Shown: positions 46,661 through 56,507 of the stretch, piece by piece
Layout of the letters: the number at the start of each line of letters is the position of its first letter
Position numbering within the stretch: position 1 is the first letter of the stretch
Virus record (IMG/VR): IMGVR_UViG_3300027777_000022
Source: a virus
Taxonomy: Duplodnaviria; Heunggongvirae; Uroviricota; Caudoviricetes
Strand: one strand, 5' to 3'
Length of the DNA stretch: 64,000 nt
The notes under the pieces: generated by a model
Seen by the model: the letters and a program-made list of their open reading frames with translations, nothing else
The model's database searches: none
What the model was told of the DNA's origin: nothing
Translations under genes and position numbers: made by a program

Positions 46661-47503
46661 ATGAACATCAGTATTTTTAATCAATTTGGCGCCCTCAACT
46701 CTGGGCCAGTGTTTGAGGCATTTCGTAACGGTTGCAAAAAACACCGTATACGTGTGACCGAACACAACATGTCAGCAGACGTGGCAGTGATCTGGAGTCA
46801 ACTATGGACCGGACGTATGGCCCCTAATAGAGCAGTTTGGGAAGAATTTTCTGCTTCAGGACGACCAGTGATTGTGTTAGAAGTAGGACAATTGAATCGT
46901 GGTGTCACATGGAAAATGGGCATCAATGGTGTCAATGCTCGTGGATGGTTTGGCGAAGGTATTGAACCTGGACGTGCAAAAAAACTAGCAATGCGATTAC
47001 AGCCATGGCATCAAGGCGATCATATTCTCATAGCCATGCAACGTAGTGATAGTGAACAATGGGCAGGACTGCCGCCAGCACAACAATGGCTGGATCAGAC
47101 CATTGCCAGGATACGTAAACACACTGATCGACCTATTGTGGTGAGACCGCACCCTAGACAAAAACTGCAACCCAAGATGGGGGTGAAGTTTCAAACACCA
47201 CTGGCATTGTGTGGAACATATGATGAATTTGATTTTAGATCAAATTTAAATAATGCCTGGGCAGTGGTTAATGAAAATTCAGGACCTGGTAGTCAAGCTG
47301 TATTAGATGGTGTACCAGCATTTGTGGGTGCGTACTCAATGGCAGCACCTGTGGCCAATTTAGACTATGCTCTAATAGAAAAACCACGCATGCCCGATAG
47401 AGAAACGTGGTTGGACGAGTTGTGTCATACAGAGTGGACGCTAGGCGAGATCACTGCTGGTATTCCAATTGGCAGACTACTAGTTAGATTGCAGCCTGGC
47501 TAG
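46661..47503 (+). CDS. Capsule-synthesis (KpsS/KpsC-like) glycosyltransferase
   Basis: LIAMQ, IVVRPHP and VNENSGPGSQAVLDGVP motifs. Confidence 0.72.
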   Translation: MNISIFNQFGALNSGPVFEAFRNGCKKHRIRVTEHNMSADVAVIWSQLWTGRMAPNRAVWEEFSASGRPVIVLEVGQLNRGVTWKMGINGVNARGWFGEGIEPGRAKKLAMRLQPWHQGDHILIAMQRSDSEQWAGLPPAQQWLDQTIARIRKHTDRPIVVRPHPRQKLQPKMGVKFQTPLALCGTYDEFDFRSNLNNAWAVVNENSGPGSQAVLDGVPAFVGAYSMAAPVANLDYALIEKPRMPDRETWLDELCHTEWTLGEITAGIPIGRLLVRLQPG

Positions 47504-48457
47504 GTCAGCATCAACCATATTGCAAATCATTGTGACAAAATCAGTACGTGGCTTCCATCCTAGTATTTCCCTAGCCGAAGTTGAATCTCCACACAAGCTA
47601 TGCAGTTCGGCAGGACGTTTGAATCTAGGATCCGACATGACCATGGCTTGCCAATTAATGATGCCTGCATGGCGGAATGCAATATCACACAGTTCTCTAA
47701 TGCTGTGTTGTTCACCTGTAGAAATAACATAGTCTCTGGCTTGAGGTTGCTGTAGCATCAACCACATGGCTTCTACAAAGTCGCCAGCAAATCCCCAGTC
47801 ACGACGTGCATCAAGATTACCTAATATGATAGATTTTTCTAATCCCAGTTTGATACGTGCAACACCGTCGGTTACTTTACGTGTGACAAATTCACGGCCA
47901 CGTAATGGACTTTCGTGATTGAATAAGATACCCGAACATGCATATAGACTGTAACTTTCACGAAAGTTTACGGTCATCCAATGGCTATACAGTTTGCTAA
48001 TTCCATATGGACTGCGGGGGCGGAATGGTGTATTTTCTCCTTGCTGCCCGTCTTCTGTGAAGTTACCAAACATTTCACTTGTGCTGGCTTGATAAAAACG
48101 TGTGTTAGGTGTGTGCCTGCGAATTGCATTTAATAAATTCAATGCACCAATTGAGTTTACTTCGGTAGTGAGTTTGTTGAGATCCCAACTTGACCCTACA
48201 AAACTCTGTGCTGCAAGATTATACACTTCTTGTGGCTTGAGTGTTTGCATGAGATGATTCATGTTGTTTTCATCGGTGATATCACCGGTGATTAACTCAA
48301 TATCATTTTCTATGCCCAGCCACTTGATATTATCCAAGTTTGGATTTGAATAACGTTTTACAAGACCATACACATGATAGCCTTTTTCAACCAATAGCTT
48401 GGCAAGATATGGACCGTCTTGGCCGGTCATGCCTGTTATAAATGCTGTATGTTTCAT
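47480..48457 (-). CDS. gmd: GDP-mannose 4,6-dehydratase
   Basis: ITGMTGQDG.YL, YNLAAQS, YQASTSE, PRSPYGISK, LFNHESP.RG.EFVTRK and RDWG motifs. Confidence 0.95.
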   Translation of the reverse strand: MKHTAFITGMTGQDGPYLAKLLVEKGYHVYGLVKRYSNPNLDNIKWLGIENDIELITGDITDENNMNHLMQTLKPQEVYNLAAQSFVGSSWDLNKLTTEVNSIGALNLLNAIRRHTPNTRFYQASTSEMFGNFTEDGQQGENTPFRPRSPYGISKLYSHWMTVNFRESYSLYACSGILFNHESPLRGREFVTRKVTDGVARIKLGLEKSIILGNLDARRDWGFAGDFVEAMWLMLQQPQARDYVISTGEQHSIRELCDIAFRHAGIINWQAMVMSDPRFKRPAELHSLCGDSTSAREILGWKPRTDFVTMICNMVDADLARLQSN

Positions 48458-48481
48458 AACAGTATGTATCTCTTGGCACAG

Positions 48482-48934
48482 TTAGAGTGTAATATCTTCC
48501 ATGCCTGCTGTGCGCAACCGTACCACATGACCCATCTGCCACTGTTTGGTATCCAGTCCCTTAAGGATGCCCAACCAGCGATTACGTAGCAATGCTACTT
48601 CATTGATGATAGTTTCAAAATCAATTACTTCATCTTCGCCCTCGGCGTATTTTTCAGCATCTCTACTGGAGAGAGCACGAGCATAGCCTTCTAGATACTT
48701 TTGGAAATGTTTCCTGCGTATCTTGCGTAGTTGTATGTTGAGATAGTTTAGAACAGCTTCAATCTCTTGTAGCTGATTGAAACGTTGTTCTGTGATGCCA
48801 GGCAAGGCCGTGATATTCTTTTCTAAAACACCACGGATTTTGCAATCGTTTTTGGCCAGATCAAGCTCTGTTTCGTAATGGTCTATGAAATCAGGAATGG
48901 CTGCTAAGTCGGCCACTACTCTGCTGTACCACAT
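48482..48934 (-). CDS. uvsY: Recombination mediator UvsY-like
   Basis: 150-aa coiled-coil next to uvsX; pattern ...KGLD.K.WQ...LR.AG. Confidence 0.7.
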   Translation of the reverse strand: MWYSRVVADLAAIPDFIDHYETELDLAKNDCKIRGVLEKNITALPGITEQRFNQLQEIEAVLNYLNIQLRKIRRKHFQKYLEGYARALSSRDAEKYAEGEDEVIDFETIINEVALLRNRWLGILKGLDTKQWQMGHVVRLRTAGMEDITL

Positions 48935-49200
48935 CAGTTTTCCCAGTCGTCGTCGTGATAATCTTCTTCTTCGTCAGCTTCTTCCTCGTCCTCATAGCTC
49001 TTGTCATTGTCAAGATATGCTGTGAGAGCACGTTTGATATCTGAATCACCTTTGAAAGCATTTTTGATATCATCCACGTCACAATCGTTATCAATCAAGA
49101 TTGCAACTATGGTTTCAGCTGCTTCATCTCGATCAACTGTGTTTACATATCTCTTGAGTTCTGACCAGAGTTCGTTGGCCACTGCCACTGCTTCATTCAT
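48934..49200 (-). CDS. Small acidic hypothetical protein
   Basis: 88 aa with an Asp/Glu-rich tail. Confidence 0.75.
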   Translation of the reverse strand: MNEAVAVANELWSELKRYVNTVDRDEAAETIVAILIDNDCDVDDIKNAFKGDSDIKRALTAYLDNDKSYEDEEEADEEEDYHDDDWEN

Positions 49201-50251
49201 CTACTGTTTCCTCCTGGGTACTTATTTCTTCTTTGTGATTTCCAAAGTCTGCCATGGCACGGTCCAGACAGCCTTCATCATTGGCTTCCCACTTCTTGCG
49301 AAACTTCTTGATAATTTCACCATCAGTAGTAACAAACACTAAACTGTTGCCTTCCTTCTTTAACAAGTTGCGTTTTTCCATGAGATCAACCATGCCAGAA
49401 TATGGACTCATACCTGTTTCGTAAGGAATTTTGACCTGCACACCTTCAAAGGGTTTGGCATAACGTGTTTTCATTACTTTACAAGACGCACGGATGCCCA
49501 TGACATCGGTGATCTTGTTGCCATCCTCATCTTCTTTCAGTTTGAGTTTCTTCATGGCCACAACAATTGAGCTGGCATAGATGAACCCTTGACCACCGGA
49601 TATCTTGTCATCTGGATCAAACATATCTTGACTTGCGTATGTGTGATTGGTACACACTAGACCCACATTGTATGAACCAAACATGTTCACACAGTTACGC
49701 ACCAAACTAGTGAGTGCCTTGGGTTTACGACCCATGTCACCTTTCATGTCTCCGGCTTCAAACTGATTCACATCAGTAGGAGTCAACAACATACCCAACG
49801 AGTCAATCACAAACATTACTTTAGGGCGATCATTTTCTGGCAAGGCCTTGTAGTCGCTCATGAATGTGGAGATAGTCTTGGCCACATCGTCAATCATGGC
49901 CATGCTTAGTTTGAGCAATTTGCTATCACTAGTATCCACTCCCAGTGCTTTGAGCCAGTCTTCGTCCAGTGCGTTTTCACTGTCCACCAGCACCACATAG
50001 ATACCTTGTGCTTGTGCGTTCTTGATGATGTTGCCACTACAGATATAACTTTTACCTGCGCCCGACTCACCAGCAAACACTGTAACTTTACCCAGTGGAA
50101 TACCTCTATTGAAGTCTCCGGAGATCAAATAGTTCAGGGCATAGTTGCCTGTTGATACCCAATCAGTGGGATCGTTAAACCCAATGCTCAATCCTTCGAT
50201 CGATTTGGTAATCTCCTTACGAAACTTACTCACGTCAAATGGTTTACCCAT
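49193..50251 (-). CDS. uvsX: RecA-like recombinase UvsX
   Basis: GESGAGKS, DSENA, VIDSLG, NHTY and SGG motifs. Confidence 0.93.
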   Translation of the reverse strand: MGKPFDVSKFRKEITKSIEGLSIGFNDPTDWVSTGNYALNYLISGDFNRGIPLGKVTVFAGESGAGKSYICSGNIIKNAQAQGIYVVLVDSENALDEDWLKALGVDTSDSKLLKLSMAMIDDVAKTISTFMSDYKALPENDRPKVMFVIDSLGMLLTPTDVNQFEAGDMKGDMGRKPKALTSLVRNCVNMFGSYNVGLVCTNHTYASQDMFDPDDKISGGQGFIYASSIVVAMKKLKLKEDEDGNKITDVMGIRASCKVMKTRYAKPFEGVQVKIPYETGMSPYSGMVDLMEKRNLLKKEGNSLVFVTTDGEIIKKFRKKWEANDEGCLDRAMADFGNHKEEISTQEETVDE

Positions 50252-50274
50252 ATATTACCTTAAAATATAGAAAG

Positions 50275-50299
50275 ACACAGAGGGTAATACCCTCTGTGT
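50275..50299. terminator. Hairpin between ssb and uvsX
   Basis: ACACAGAGGGTA/TACCCTCTGTGT inverted repeat with a weak T-tail on the minus strand. Confidence 0.65.
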
Positions 50300-50316
50300 G
50301 ATGCTGCTGCTGTTGA

Positions 50317-51315
50317 TTACTTGTTTTGGCGGGCGCGAATCATGGCCAAAATGTCTTCGGCTTTTTTGTTGCCTTCAGCTGGCTTGGCCACTGGTGCAGA
50401 TGCTGTTGATGGTTCATCATCAAAGTCTGTTGCCACTGGTGCCTTAGCTGCTGGTTTAAACGCTGCCTTGGATACTGGTGTATCCTCATCCACATCGACT
50501 GCTGACATGGCTGCTGTGCCAACCGGAGCGCTCATTCCAGCTGGACGGTAGTATTGTCCCCAACGTTCAGAATCAAATGGTTGGCCATCTACGCTGGCTT
50601 CAAACATCTCTTTGATCACGTTGAGTTCCACTGAGGTGGGCTTCTTGGGCAAGAAGGTGCTGAGATCAAACAAGCCATATTTTTCAACTGCTGCTTGTTC
50701 AGCTTCGGTAAGTGCCGACTCTTTACGTGCCCACTTTGAAGTGTTGTAATCAGCATAGCCGCCCTTTTGAGTCTTGGCAATACGGAAGTCCAGGCCAGCT
50801 GAGTAATCAGTTGGCAGGTTTTCCAATTCTGGGTCCATTAATGCACCCTTAATAATTGCAAAGATTTGCGGTCCAATCACAAATTTGCGGATGGGATTTT
50901 CTGGGGTCTTGTCGTCTGTGAGAGGATTGTCACGTACAAAACCTTGATAGATGTAGCTGCGCTTTTTCCAATACTTACGACCCATTTCCTCAAGGCTCTT
51001 GTCCTTGAACCAAGGACGTACCTCAGTAAGTATTGGGCAAGTTTCTCCCCACATTTCCATGCAAGGTACTTGTACCATAACTTGTTTGGATTCCATCTCT
51101 CCTTTGACGCCGTTGAAGGGCAGTCGAATCATGGCCCGTTCAGCCCAGAAGAATGTGTTTTTGGTATTGCCATCCGGTAAGAATCGGAAGGTTGCAGCTT
51201 GTCCTTCATCCATGTTCCAGTGTGGGTAGATTGAATTATCGCCTCCACCTGTGGATGTTTTGCTTTTGTTTTCTGCTGCCTGTAGTCGTGCTCGAATTTC
51301 TGATAAAGTTGCCAT
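50317..51315 (-). CDS. Single-stranded DNA-binding protein (gp32-like)
   Basis: FRFLP, C..CP, G.DF.I.K...GGYADY..S motifs and an acidic low-complexity tail; located next to uvsX. Confidence 0.88.
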   Translation of the reverse strand: MATLSEIRARLQAAENKSKTSTGGGDNSIYPHWNMDEGQAATFRFLPDGNTKNTFFWAERAMIRLPFNGVKGEMESKQVMVQVPCMEMWGETCPILTEVRPWFKDKSLEEMGRKYWKKRSYIYQGFVRDNPLTDDKTPENPIRKFVIGPQIFAIIKGALMDPELENLPTDYSAGLDFRIAKTQKGGYADYNTSKWARKESALTEAEQAAVEKYGLFDLSTFLPKKPTSVELNVIKEMFEASVDGQPFDSERWGQYYRPAGMSAPVGTAAMSAVDVDEDTPVSKAAFKPAAKAPVATDFDDEPSTASAPVAKPAEGNKKAEDILAMIRARQNK

Positions 51316-51408
51316 AGTGTTTCTCCTGTAAATGCCTATGTAAAATGCCTATCTAATGATTTAGATTGTGTTGCCTGTGCCACAAATGAAAAAGCGCAAA
51401 CACAGTGT

Positions 51409-51446
51409 AGTATATGCGCTTTCTGTCTCTGTGTCAATGTTATTTA
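51409..51446 (-). promoter_or_regulatory. Sigma70 and late promoters for ssb
   Basis: TTGACA-17-TATACT (51409-51437) and TAAATA (51441-51446). Confidence 0.8.
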
Positions 51447-51448
51447 TG

Positions 51449-53326
51449 TCATTTGAGCAAACTCAATAATTTTATTCTTGCCAATTGTGTTTCGTAGATG
51501 CCGTCGGAGCATTCTGCCAGACCATGTACTGGACAGTAATGATTCTCCATGGTGTAGTTGCATTCTTTTACAGGTTGTTGCTGTACTTGAAAATCTGCAA
51601 ATTTATTTGGATCAACACCTCTCGCAGCAGCAATTGCACTAGTGGGCATTAGTGTATTAGGGTCTGCATTGGGATCTGCAGGAGTTGCAGTTGTGGTTCG
51701 AATTCCACTTGCGTGATCTTGCTCCTGACCAATCTTGCCAACTCCTAGATCATAACTTGCTGTGGTCTTGAGTGGACGACCTTGTGCATCTACTTTCTTT
51801 GTAGTTTGTAAAGGACCCATTGAATAGTCTGTAGTTTTGCTACCATCGTCATGCTGTGTTTGTTGCACGCCGGCAAACCGTGGACTCACAGTATCCTCAT
51901 CTACTTCTTCTTCAAATGTATCCGGATTGTCACCTTCTGCCACAGGTGCCACTTGATCCGGAGGCGGGGCTTCTGCCGGCACTGGCTCGGCCATTGGCTC
52001 CTCAACTGGCACTGGCTCGGCTACTGGGTCTGCTGGTTGTTGTAGGGCAGTGACCAATTCGGCAAGTTCAGGAATACGATCTGCATTTCTATCAATCCAG
52101 GCCTGCACCAATGGTACTGAATCTGCTGTGGGGTCCTCTTCGGCCATGGCACTCAGTTGATCAAACAATGCGTCATCACCAATCAAGCTGTATAACACAT
52201 CTGTTACATCTTCCGCATCAGGTCCCAGTGGTTGCGGCTGACTCATCCACATTTTGAGTTCATCAATTTGTTCAGGAGTTTCAGGCACTATCCATGTTCC
52301 TTCTACCAGTTTGGTTGCCCATGATTCAAATATTTCAGCTTCTTTCATGGCCTGTGCTTCTTTCTGTATTCTTGCTAGCATGGGCAATGCTTGCTCTATT
52401 CTAGGATCAATACGTGTTTCAATAAACATACTGCGTAGATCTTCTACAACCATATCAGAATCACTGATCTCTGCCGGTTGCCATGATTCAAAATACTTGT
52501 GATAGCCACGACTGTTGGACATGTGTTTTAGATTTTGATTGAGTCGTTGATAGTATTGATCAGTTTCTGTTACCAAACTAGCAGCAGATCCTTCATACAC
52601 ACGACCCTGCTGTGCTCTGCGAAACTGACTCAGAGTGTTGAGTTGGCTTACTGTTTCAGAAATGTGTTGTCCACGAGGATCGTAGGGGTTGCCACCTTGA
52701 CGCACATGTTCTACCATGGCTCGACCACCAGCTAACTTACGAAATGGCAAACGGAATCGTTCACCTAAGGCAGTTTCAATAAACAAACTTTCCACATAGC
52801 GATAACGCTTGTCGCCTTCCGCTATGGGTTTAGAATGCTTGATCATTAGTCTAGCATCAGTTGGCTCACCTGAGTAACTGATCTTGCGTGTGCCGTAAAA
52901 ACTCTCTGTGAGTGCTGCTTGGCCAGCAATGGCATACTTGAGTCTGCTGATGTTGTCCAAGCTGAATCCACCACGCACTTTACTAGTGCGGATGGCAAAG
53001 TTTTTAAGTTGTTCTAAGAACCCTGTTTCACCTGCTTCCGGATCACCGTACCAGGCTTTTTTATCTTCTGGGTCCATGGTGCGGCCTAGATTGTCGCCAA
53101 AGTACACAGTCATTCCGCCGTTTTGATCCAGCAGAATTACCATAGTTCCGTAGTTTTTGCCAGTAGGACCTACCCAGTCAAAGCTAAACATGTCTGCTTC
53201 GGAAACATCAGGAACTCCGCGCTCGTTTACAGCGGGCTTTCCGGTCTTGGTACTGAGTGCGTCAACGTCAAAATCACGTGTGATTAAGAGATTGTTGAGT
53301 TCGCTTGCGATTGAATTTTGTGCCAT
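51449..53326 (-). CDS. Putative head/prohead-associated protein
   Basis: 625 aa with several (L/V)xE sites, a Pro/Glu linker and C-terminal C..C.VHG..EC; late promoter; next to terminase. Confidence 0.6.
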   Translation of the reverse strand: MAQNSIASELNNLLITRDFDVDALSTKTGKPAVNERGVPDVSEADMFSFDWVGPTGKNYGTMVILLDQNGGMTVYFGDNLGRTMDPEDKKAWYGDPEAGETGFLEQLKNFAIRTSKVRGGFSLDNISRLKYAIAGQAALTESFYGTRKISYSGEPTDARLMIKHSKPIAEGDKRYRYVESLFIETALGERFRLPFRKLAGGRAMVEHVRQGGNPYDPRGQHISETVSQLNTLSQFRRAQQGRVYEGSAASLVTETDQYYQRLNQNLKHMSNSRGYHKYFESWQPAEISDSDMVVEDLRSMFIETRIDPRIEQALPMLARIQKEAQAMKEAEIFESWATKLVEGTWIVPETPEQIDELKMWMSQPQPLGPDAEDVTDVLYSLIGDDALFDQLSAMAEEDPTADSVPLVQAWIDRNADRIPELAELVTALQQPADPVAEPVPVEEPMAEPVPAEAPPPDQVAPVAEGDNPDTFEEEVDEDTVSPRFAGVQQTQHDDGSKTTDYSMGPLQTTKKVDAQGRPLKTTASYDLGVGKIGQEQDHASGIRTTTATPADPNADPNTLMPTSAIAAARGVDPNKFADFQVQQQPVKECNYTMENHYCPVHGLAECSDGIYETQLARIKLLSLLK

Positions 53327-53333
53327 ATAGTAT

Positions 53334-54905
53334 TTAGCGCATCATTACAGAGATGAATGGCATGGGTTCGATCACTTCTTCACCATGATCTCGCATGTGT
53401 GTGCTTAGTTCAGCATAGAAACTTTGCAGTACAGTAAGCATGCGAACAGCTAGAATAGTGGCCATAATCAAGTCGTCGGTCTCTCCGGGCTTGGCTGCAT
53501 AACTAGTGCCGTGTGCCACAAAGTTCTTAAACTCACTAATCAGACTCTTGCTGTTAACAGTCATTCTTCCTGATTCTACTAGATTTTTCAGTTTGGAGCA
53601 AGCAGCCAGCTTGGTTTTATTTGTGGTGTTAAATCCTTTGCGAAACCTACGCGGTCCAGCAGAAGCAGTGTCACTAAGGAAATACCCTTTGATGTTTTCC
53701 TCACCCCACTCAGCAATAGAAATCAATGCTGCTTCACCAATGGTATTGTTTTCTACTGAATAGTAAATGCTTTTGTCATCGCCTACAGTGTCGTATATGT
53801 ACTTGATGATATCTGCCAAGATGCGTATCTGTTCAGGAATAGGTGTTTTGTTATGGCGCCATTCACCCACTTGCCGTGTGGTGTTGGCTTCAAAAATCTG
53901 TATAGCAGCAGGATCTCCACCTGTTCCCAAGCTAGGATCTAATGCCACAACGTATACTTGATCCTTGCGTATGGGTTCAAACCAACGAACTTGTCCAGTT
54001 TTGTGTGAGGGATCCCGTCCTTGTAAATCCAACAGTTTAGCAGGAGCGATCAATGTTTCGTCATTGATAATAAACTCGCAACCCATCTCTCGACGGAATC
54101 GATCATCGCCCAACTGTGCTCGCATGGAGTCGCCCCAGGCTTGATCACGATCTGGATGTTCTTCCCAGTAGCTGCGATAGGCTTTGAATCCATTCATGCC
54201 CAGTTCAGTGGGGTTGCCATATTCATCTTCACACTTGTTGGCACCTTTCCACAAGTATGCAAACTGATCTTCGTCTGAGTTGGGTGTGCTTGTGATAATA
54301 GCTTTACCACCAGTGGCCAGTGTAGGTGCCATGGCAGTCCAAAACTCAGATGCTATAGTAGGTCGCACATACGCAAACTCATCTGCGTACAGCAAGGTAA
54401 TACTCATACCACGACCAGTTGTTTCAGTTGTGGTAGCTGATACAATACGTGAGCCGTTTTCAAAGTCTATGGAACCTTTGTTGTAGTTGGTAGCACCTGC
54501 TCTGATGTGATCCGGGCATAGTTCGTAAGCAAAGCGGATACGCTGCATAATCTCCTGAGCACCGGTATATTTGTGTGCTGCAATTAGGATTGTTGAATCT
54601 GGTACAAACATAGCGTACCACAAGATGTAACCTGCTGCTGATGTAGACTTTCCAGTCTGTCGCGGCATCATGGAGATTGAATATCTATTGTGATGATAGG
54701 TATCAATCAGTTTCTTTTGATATTCAAAGGGATGATACAGCATTTTGCCCTGTGTGGGATGCTGAATGTAGAAGAAGTTGTCCATGAAGTAGTGCGGACC
54801 TGTGTCGGGGTCAGCACATTTCAAGAACTCGTCCAGTTCATCTTCTGTGAATTTCTGACGACGGTGTGGTGCCTTGATCAGCACCGTTTCGGTTGCAGTT
54901 GCCAT
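53334..54905 (-). CDS. Terminase large subunit (gp17-like)
   Basis: PRQTGKST, YADEFA, STPN, DPS.G.G.D, VENN and DDL motifs. Confidence 0.95.
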   Translation of the reverse strand: MATATETVLIKAPHRRQKFTEDELDEFLKCADPDTGPHYFMDNFFYIQHPTQGKMLYHPFEYQKKLIDTYHHNRYSISMMPRQTGKSTSAAGYILWYAMFVPDSTILIAAHKYTGAQEIMQRIRFAYELCPDHIRAGATNYNKGSIDFENGSRIVSATTTETTGRGMSITLLYADEFAYVRPTIASEFWTAMAPTLATGGKAIITSTPNSDEDQFAYLWKGANKCEDEYGNPTELGMNGFKAYRSYWEEHPDRDQAWGDSMRAQLGDDRFRREMGCEFIINDETLIAPAKLLDLQGRDPSHKTGQVRWFEPIRKDQVYVVALDPSLGTGGDPAAIQIFEANTTRQVGEWRHNKTPIPEQIRILADIIKYIYDTVGDDKSIYYSVENNTIGEAALISIAEWGEENIKGYFLSDTASAGPRRFRKGFNTTNKTKLAACSKLKNLVESGRMTVNSKSLISEFKNFVAHGTSYAAKPGETDDLIMATILAVRMLTVLQSFYAELSTHMRDHGEEVIEPMPFISVMMR

Positions 54906-54925
54906 AGTCAGTTAGTTATCGAGAT

Positions 54926-55735
54926 TTATTTGGATCGACCACATTTGGCTCTTTTGGCTTGTGTGAGTTGGCCAAAGTCCACTGTCCATTCTGATCCTGG
55001 GTTGAGTTCTTTTGCTTGGAGCGGAAATGCATAGTTCACTCTAGATTCTCGTTCGATCAGTTCCACTGGCACACGGAAACGAGTCAAGTCATTGCCCAGA
55101 TTTGGGTAAGGTGGCACATGTGGAAACATCCAGCCTGCGATCTCGTTGGTCTGGTTGTTGATCACGATCTTGTAGAACGCATGTGGCACCACTACACCTG
55201 AGCCAATTCGCTTGTCTTGTGCGTTGTATATGGCACCCACATAGATGGTGAAACTGTTGTTGTGCTGCACAGCCCAGCCTCTCACACTTGTTTCCAGCAG
55301 TTTCCAGATACCACGATTTAAACTACCTGCTTGTGGTGCCATGTTGGTCATGAGAAATGATTCAAACTCCACCTGTGGATCCCAGGATAGGTCACCGTCT
55401 GGGCTCATATGGCCTTTGTCGTAGCCGGTGCCGGCGTAGTCATCGGGTGTGGCACCACTGGGCACTGATTGATCACTAGCGAACGCATTGGTCCTTGCCA
55501 CACAACCTAATGCGTTTCGTGGTATCAGTGTGTATGTGACATATCTGGGTATCTTGGCAGCTGCATCGTAGCCCACGAGATATGCTTGTCTACAGATTGA
55601 TTGTGTTGCTATGGTAGCAGGCAGTCCATAAGGAGCATGCACGGCACAGGTTCTAATGTCCTGTGGTGGGCGTTGTGTCCAAGCATTTGCTGTGGCCGCG
55701 AGAAAGATTAAATAGATTGCTAAAAGTTTTTTCAT
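54926..55735 (-). CDS. Secreted DNA/RNA non-specific endonuclease (NucA/EndoG family)
   Basis: Signal peptide (ANA), GYDKGHM, FLMTNMAPQ, LNRGIW..LE and VP..FYK motifs. Confidence 0.9.
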   Translation of the reverse strand: MKKLLAIYLIFLAATANAWTQRPPQDIRTCAVHAPYGLPATIATQSICRQAYLVGYDAAAKIPRYVTYTLIPRNALGCVARTNAFASDQSVPSGATPDDYAGTGYDKGHMSPDGDLSWDPQVEFESFLMTNMAPQAGSLNRGIWKLLETSVRGWAVQHNNSFTIYVGAIYNAQDKRIGSGVVVPHAFYKIVINNQTNEIAGWMFPHVPPYPNLGNDLTRFRVPVELIERESRVNYAFPLQAKELNPGSEWTVDFGQLTQAKRAKCGRSK

Positions 55736-55741
55736 ATGTGA

Positions 55742-56134
55742 TTACCTTGGGTAGCCCCGGAAGGCTTTCACCGGACTTGTTTTGTCTACAAAGGCTGGTT
55801 CCGAACTTTGAGGTGTTGATACCATCTGTTTGCCGCCTGGAGTATTGGTCATCTTTAATGCTTGATCAATGATGGGTATCACTTGTTCGTCCATGCCGGA
55901 TATCACAGCATGTTCCCCAAACGCAGTTTCTGATGTCCACGGAATCATGAAATCATTCACACCGTCCTGCTGACCAGCATCTGATCTAGCCCGAGCCATG
56001 GCCACCGACAATCTATACGAGCCATAGGGATCGCTACCATTCACACCGGGCAACACATAGGTATATCTCAAGGGCTCTGCTATTTCTGCTGGCAAGTGTG
56101 CTAGGTCCTCAGTGATGAATTCTCTGGCTCTCAT
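55742..56134 (-). CDS. Putative internal head protein, paralog A
   Basis: N-terminus MRAREFITE; C-terminus SPVKAFRGYPR. Confidence 0.7.
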   Translation of the reverse strand: MRAREFITEDLAHLPAEIAEPLRYTYVLPGVNGSDPYGSYRLSVAMARARSDAGQQDGVNDFMIPWTSETAFGEHAVISGMDEQVIPIIDQALKMTNTPGGKQMVSTPQSSEPAFVDKTSPVKAFRGYPR

Positions 56135-56505
56135 CGCTTGTATCCTTTAAACGCCTTTACCGGACTCACTGTGCTAGTGCTGGGGATTTCTAGGCTGCGA
56201 AGGTCACCGTGGTTGAGATCCTCAACTTCTGACCCGATGGCTTTGTATGCCATTTTCAGCATGTTGTGTTCTTCTTCGGTGTAAGGTGCGGAAATGTTGT
56301 AGCGACCAGCCCAGGATTCACCATCTATGTCAGGAACAAAAGTTCCGTCGGTGCTGGCTGCTGCCATCATGATACGATTCAGTTCATACACTCGATCGGC
56401 TCGATTGGGATCAACAAATTTGTGCAGGCCTACTGTGGCATAACTTTTTGTTTTGCTGAGCCGGCCTATTGTTCTAGTTTCGGCGATAAACTCATTGGCT
56501 CGCAT
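56131..56505 (-). CDS. Putative internal head protein, paralog B
   Basis: N-terminus MRANEFIAE; C-terminus SPVKAFKGYKR. Confidence 0.7.
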   Translation of the reverse strand: MRANEFIAETRTIGRLSKTKSYATVGLHKFVDPNRADRVYELNRIMMAAASTDGTFVPDIDGESWAGRYNISAPYTEEEHNMLKMAYKAIGSEVEDLNHGDLRSLEIPSTSTVSPVKAFKGYKR

Positions 56506-56507
56506 GA

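Noticed and set aside
51693-51708. GTGGTTCGAATTCCAC resembling a tRNA T-arm
   Set aside because: It lies inside a CDS, and no acceptor stem, D-arm or anticodon arm can be built around it.
12937-54905. Introns or inteins in nrdA, nrdB, helicase, uvsX or terminase
   Set aside because: All have normal lengths and contiguous motifs, with no intein splice motifs or frame breaks.
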